Shown: in pieces, positions 61,401 to 64,000 of the stretch
Layout of the letters: every line of letters starts with the position of its first letter
Numbering within the stretch: the first letter of the stretch is position 1
From: Balanoglossus misakiensis
Taxonomy: Eukaryota > Animalia > Hemichordata
Direction of reading: 5' to 3'
NCBI GenBank assembly: GCA_040954595.2
Contig: CM082577.2
Coordinates: 11,317,654-11,381,653, forward strand
DNA: 64,000 nt
The notes under the pieces: model-generated
Database searches by the model: none
Told to the model about the DNA's origin: nothing
The model's input: only the letters and a program-made list of their open reading frames with translations
Made by a program: the position numbers and the translations under genes

Positions 61401-64000
61401 ATTCTGATGGCTGTTGTCTTTGTGAAGTTTATCAAGATGTTAACTGCAGCTGTGTTTTTTTTTCTTTAAATTCCAGCATTCAACTTTAGTACGCGAAGAA
61501 TTAGAGAGAATGGGCATGATAGTGTCAGAGGAGACTGTGAAGAATGATGAACTACACACACTTCTTCCAGCAGCCAGATGTCAAAATTGTGTTCCCAGAG
61601 AGGAGTTACAGAAGATGGTCAACGCAGCTGTGAAACAGGAAATCAACATTTTGCAAGATAAATTGACACTGTATAACAGCCACCATCTGGAAGAGGTCAG
61701 TAGCCTTTTATATGTTTGCATTACAGTTGAATTCCCCCAGAGCAAGATATGGCATCTATGCATACATTCTTGACACATGTAAAACCTGTGGAGAGAATCA
61801 CTTTTTGTCAGGTGGCTCAAAATTGTAGGAAACTGCTTTCTAAAACGAGTGAAATTGAGCAAGGGTTCTTGTACAAAATGTTCGGACATGCCATTACATT
61901 CGGGTTGCACATGTAAAAATTATATTTAGAGTTTATAACCCATGCATTTTTGATTTCCTGAATTCATTATAGCTCAATCCTAAAATCATAAGTATAATGA
62001 AATTCAGGAAATAACAAGACAAAACCGCCCAGGTTTCTTATACAGTTTTCTGTACTTGTGTGTGCAAGTGTTTTTATAATTCTGTCTGTTACACAGGACA
62101 TTATGATTCACATTTCATGCGCCTTTCGTGCTTATTTACAGGTTGAAAGATTGAAGCGTGACTACGAGAAAAGAATCGGTGATCTTCAGAATGAGGTGAA
62201 TGTGCTCAATCATTTCAGCCAAGACAACAGTGAACATGTGCTGGTAGACATCAGGACAATTGAAAATGACCTGGCAGTGCTCAGGAATGACATGAGAACT
62301 TTTGTGTTTGTTGCGCCGGATGGCGAAGGAAAAACCACCAATATCAGGGAATATACCACTGGTAATTTCCAGAGGTTAAAAATTGACCTGGATAATATGG
62401 ACGGCCGACTGGAAAACCTGGAAGGAGATCTCCGGACATTCGGGAGAAGACTGAGTACCCAGGGATCCCAGTTTGAACACAGGACAGTTCGTTTGTCCGA
62501 GGCTCTTGACGCAACCGGTGAACAGCGGACGGCCATCATGAGTAATGTCAGTAAATTAGCCGCGTCTGTTGGCGCCTTGAGGGACAACATTACGCGACTT
62601 CAACGCGACGTAGCCGCGCTGCAAGACTCGGGAGCGGACAGCGGCAAGCGGATATCCGACGTGATCGGCCGCATTAATGTTCTTGAGATCAAGGTGAGCG
62701 ACATCAAGGGAGACGTGCAGGGACTGAATTCGGAAAGCAGAACGTTGAGCGCCAAAGTGGAGGCCAGTTTACAAGTGGACGAGGTGAGGGCGCTCAACAC
62801 AGCCTTTGATGGGCTGAAGGAGGAAGTCCGCGAGCTACACGTCGATGTCGCTCACGTTTTGAAGAACAATGACGTGATAAAGAGAGAGGATCAGCAGGGT
62901 GTGGTTCGAAAGATTTTCAGTGAACTGACCACTGATGTGCAGAGAGCCGTCGATGAGACAGATAGCTTTAAATCGGAGATGGCATCATTCAGGGACACAG
63001 ACTGGTTTCGTCATATGTCTGCCGAGCAGCTTGCCATCTGGGAGAGACTTGTGCTCCAGCAGGGTAGCGTTGCTGCTGCAGCTTCTAGCTTGAAGACTCT
63101 TGTTGCGGGTCTCAAACTTTCTCAGGATGAAATGGTTAACCTTGTATATGCCTTTACGAGGCTGAGCGAATTGGAGAGACAACTGGTTAACTTCAGAACA
63201 GACCTCAGGAATTTCCAGCACGACCCCGTTGCCAAAAATCGGTGGGCTGGTGCAGAAACCAAGCATGCTAATCAAGTTATACTGAATCAAATAAATACGC
63301 TAGACAGTGAGATAACCTCCATGAAATCTGCCTTCAGAAACTCCCACTTCAGTGAAAGAGGTGACGATGTAGTGTGGGATGGGGATGTAGATACTCTCAG
63401 AGACAGGTACGCGAACCTGCAAATCAAGTCGGAGGAGTTTGAGCGCAATATTGAATCGCTGCAAATGGATCTACGAGTGTACATTAAAAAGTTGGTGTCA
63501 GAGGGGAGTGACGCCGTGAACAGCAAAACTATTGAGGAAATTGCCAGGTACCAGAGCTACGTGTCCAGGTTTGAAACTGAACTGCTGGCCGTTCGTGCCG
63601 ATATGGACTTGGACGTTAGACGAAGTCAGGGGATCCCGGCCGGTGCGGAGTGGGCCCGCGACCTCGAAGCGCAGATCAGAGCTCTGCAGGAGGATGTACT
63701 CGATATCAGATACTCCAACATAAATGTGGAGAAGTTGAAATCGGACATCGAGAAGATGGAGAGTGCTGTAGCTGCGTTGAAGCCCGGACTACTCGTGCTG
63801 CAGCAAACTCAGACTTTTGGCGTCACTTTTCCTCTGCAACAGATAGGCGAGCTGTCGGCTGACTTTGTCTACTTGAACGCGCGGGTGTCCTCTGTGAAGG
63901 GATTGGTGGGCAGGATGAGAAGTGAGGCTCAGAGGTCAGAGGTCATCAGGAACATGAATAAACTGCAGTCGGATATCACGCGTTTCAAGGTGGACCTCAG
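46380..64000 (+). CDS. SUN1: Probable SUN1/SUN2-type inner nuclear membrane (LINC complex) protein, spliced, 3'-partial, >=1158 aa, with a very long luminal coiled coil
   Basis: 14 GT-AG exons with fully consistent phases. The N-terminus DYTYVRSPTYS...VPIMSRRAS and LYGLD resemble vertebrate SUN1 (GYTYALSSSYS...SPRMSRRS; WGLD). It continues with an S/T/R-rich nucleoplasmic region (NLS-like PRKRR), an amphipathic segment, one TM helix (PCPFFCLPLLLLLLLGTTAFYIYP), N-glycosylation sequons and a heptad coiled coil. The SUN domain is not within the window, so the symbol is provisional. Confidence 0.72.
51676..51729 (+). CDS. SUN-like gene exon 2 (54 nt)
   Basis: Acceptor cattcatttcag, donor gtaaga; RASLKFKNSQELDHWLSS; phase 2-2. 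Confidence 0.65.
52965..55010 (+). mobile_element. ~2-kb Helentron (Helitron2)-type non-autonomous element in a SUN-like intron
   Basis: 5' AATTAAAGCTGCAAGCAGC with subterminal GGGGCCCAAGC; 3' GAA-rich tract, then a perfect 15-bp hairpin AGGGGACCAAGCGCC-tgag-GGCGCTTGGTCCCCT (54977-55010); AATTAA at both junctions; internal tandem repeat (54180-54550). Confidence 0.7.
55716..55745 (+). CDS. SUN-like gene exon 3 (30-nt microexon)
   Basis: Long pyrimidine tract + cacag, donor gtgagt; QDATDYTYVR. Confidence 0.75.
56294..56664 (+). CDS. SUN-like gene exon 4
   Basis: Acceptor tttgtcttgacag, donor gtaagt; SPTYSPQPEESEDSDCPVPIMSRRASG...PRKRR...ALHHLY. Confidence 0.88.
56925..56972 (+). CDS. SUN-like gene exon 5 (48 nt)
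   Basis: Acceptor ttttccttttccag, donor gtatgt; GLDHSGENLNDITPLP. Confidence 0.85.
57142..57210 (+). CDS. SUN-like gene exon 6 (69 nt, duplicate A)
   Basis: Acceptor ttttgaag, donor gtattt; GSIRYEVTGSPTVNSRHTGRHNS. Confidence 0.75.
57482..57550 (+). CDS. SUN-like gene exon 7 (69 nt, duplicate B)
   Basis: Acceptor cttttgaag, donor gtatgt; GQSRNEVTVSHTVNSRHTRTDNS. Confidence 0.78.
57891..57938 (+). CDS. SUN-like gene exon 8 (48 nt)
   Basis: Acceptor ctccctgactag, donor gtattt; VHLHEEYSAALLEDYS. Confidence 0.72.
58085..58186 (+). CDS. SUN-like gene exon 9 (102 nt)
   Basis: Acceptor ttttccttccag, donor gtaaag; DTDDSTDVHNSMSETPPTVLTQIKTIFKFLYVFT. Confidence 0.82.
58204..58533 (-). mobile_element. 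Crypton-like double-hairpin element (inverted copy of 43944-44258)
   Basis: Near-identical reverse complement of 43944-44258; begins ~17 bp after the exon 9 donor. Confidence 0.7.
58575..58761. mobile_element. piggyBac-type MITE
   Basis: TTAA-CCTTAACGCT ... AGCGTTAAGG-TTTTAA. Confidence 0.55.
58959..59082 (+). CDS. SUN-like gene exon 10 (amphipathic/hydrophobic segment)
   Basis: Acceptor ttgttcatgtag, donor gtaagt; VALITRVVLPGLQKIWKRLWKLGVMVFVLNKAADFKVYRYI. Confidence 0.82.
59984..60273 (+). CDS. SUN-like gene exon 11 (acidic patch + TM helix)
   Basis: Acceptor ttcactttcag, donor gtgagt; RDGFVYAV...EDDEMEEDVDLE...RKRTKARALALPCPFFCLPLLLLLLLGTT. Confidence 0.88.
60389..60534. mobile_element. 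Short MITE with CAGTGTTCT..CCC / GGGAGAACACTG termini; degenerate sister copy at ~55417-55562
   Basis: Terminal inverted repeat; internal sequence (caagaatttct...ctaattt.cata...gctctgag) is shared with the 55.4-kb copy; TSD not evident. Confidence 0.6.
60838..60965 (+). CDS. SUN-like gene exon 12 (start of luminal region)
   Basis: Acceptor tttttgttgcag, donor gtgagt; AFYIYPTSEVTQPLPLGNATSNATEDKLAKVVNLTSQHQDLHL, with three N-x-T sequons. Confidence 0.85.
61477..61695 (+). CDS. SUN-like gene exon 13
   Basis: Acceptor aaattccag, donor gtcagt; HSTLVREELERMG...CQNC...EELQKMVNAAVKQEINILQDKL...HHLEE. Confidence 0.85.
62142..64000 (+). CDS. SUN-like gene giant coiled-coil exon (>=619 codons, runs off the window)
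   Basis: Acceptor cttatttacag; uninterrupted frame VERLKRDYEKRIGDLQNEVNVL...MNKLQSDITRFKVDL with heptad periodicity. Absent from the ORF track because it has no stop in the window. Confidence 0.93.

Noticed and set aside
62210-63862. Several minus-strand and off-frame ORFs in the last 2 kb
   Set aside because: Shadows of the single long + strand coiled-coil exon.

Overview
AT-rich, intron-rich eukaryotic (metazoan) DNA, most likely from an invertebrate deuterostome; the taxon is an inference. Two spliced protein-coding genes on the + strand can be assembled by hand. (1) The 3' part of a Rab40 gene (Rab GTPase + SOCS box + CaaX): coding exons 6245-6305, 12602-12740, 15119-15341 and 18901-19139, exon 1 upstream of the window, and a probable ~4.4 kb 3' UTR carrying MITEs. 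(2) The 5' part of a probable SUN1/2-type inner nuclear membrane gene: 14 phase-consistent exons from ATG 46380 to the window end, >=1158 codons. Its last exon is a >=619-codon coiled-coil ORF that the ORF track missed, giving an unusually long luminal stalk; the SUN domain itself is not in the window. Between the genes, 24.4-40.5 kb has a promoter-like start, many + strand splice signals, no coding frame, several locally amplified tandem units and antisense transposon relics (candidate lncRNA or small-RNA precursor locus). Transposon relics include pogo, Gypsy gag, L2, Helentron-type, Crypton-type, and Kolobok-, piggyBac-, Harbinger-, AcademH- and Tc1/mariner-type MITEs. No rRNA, tRNA or CRISPR array is supported. 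All assignments come from reading the sequence; no database searches were run.
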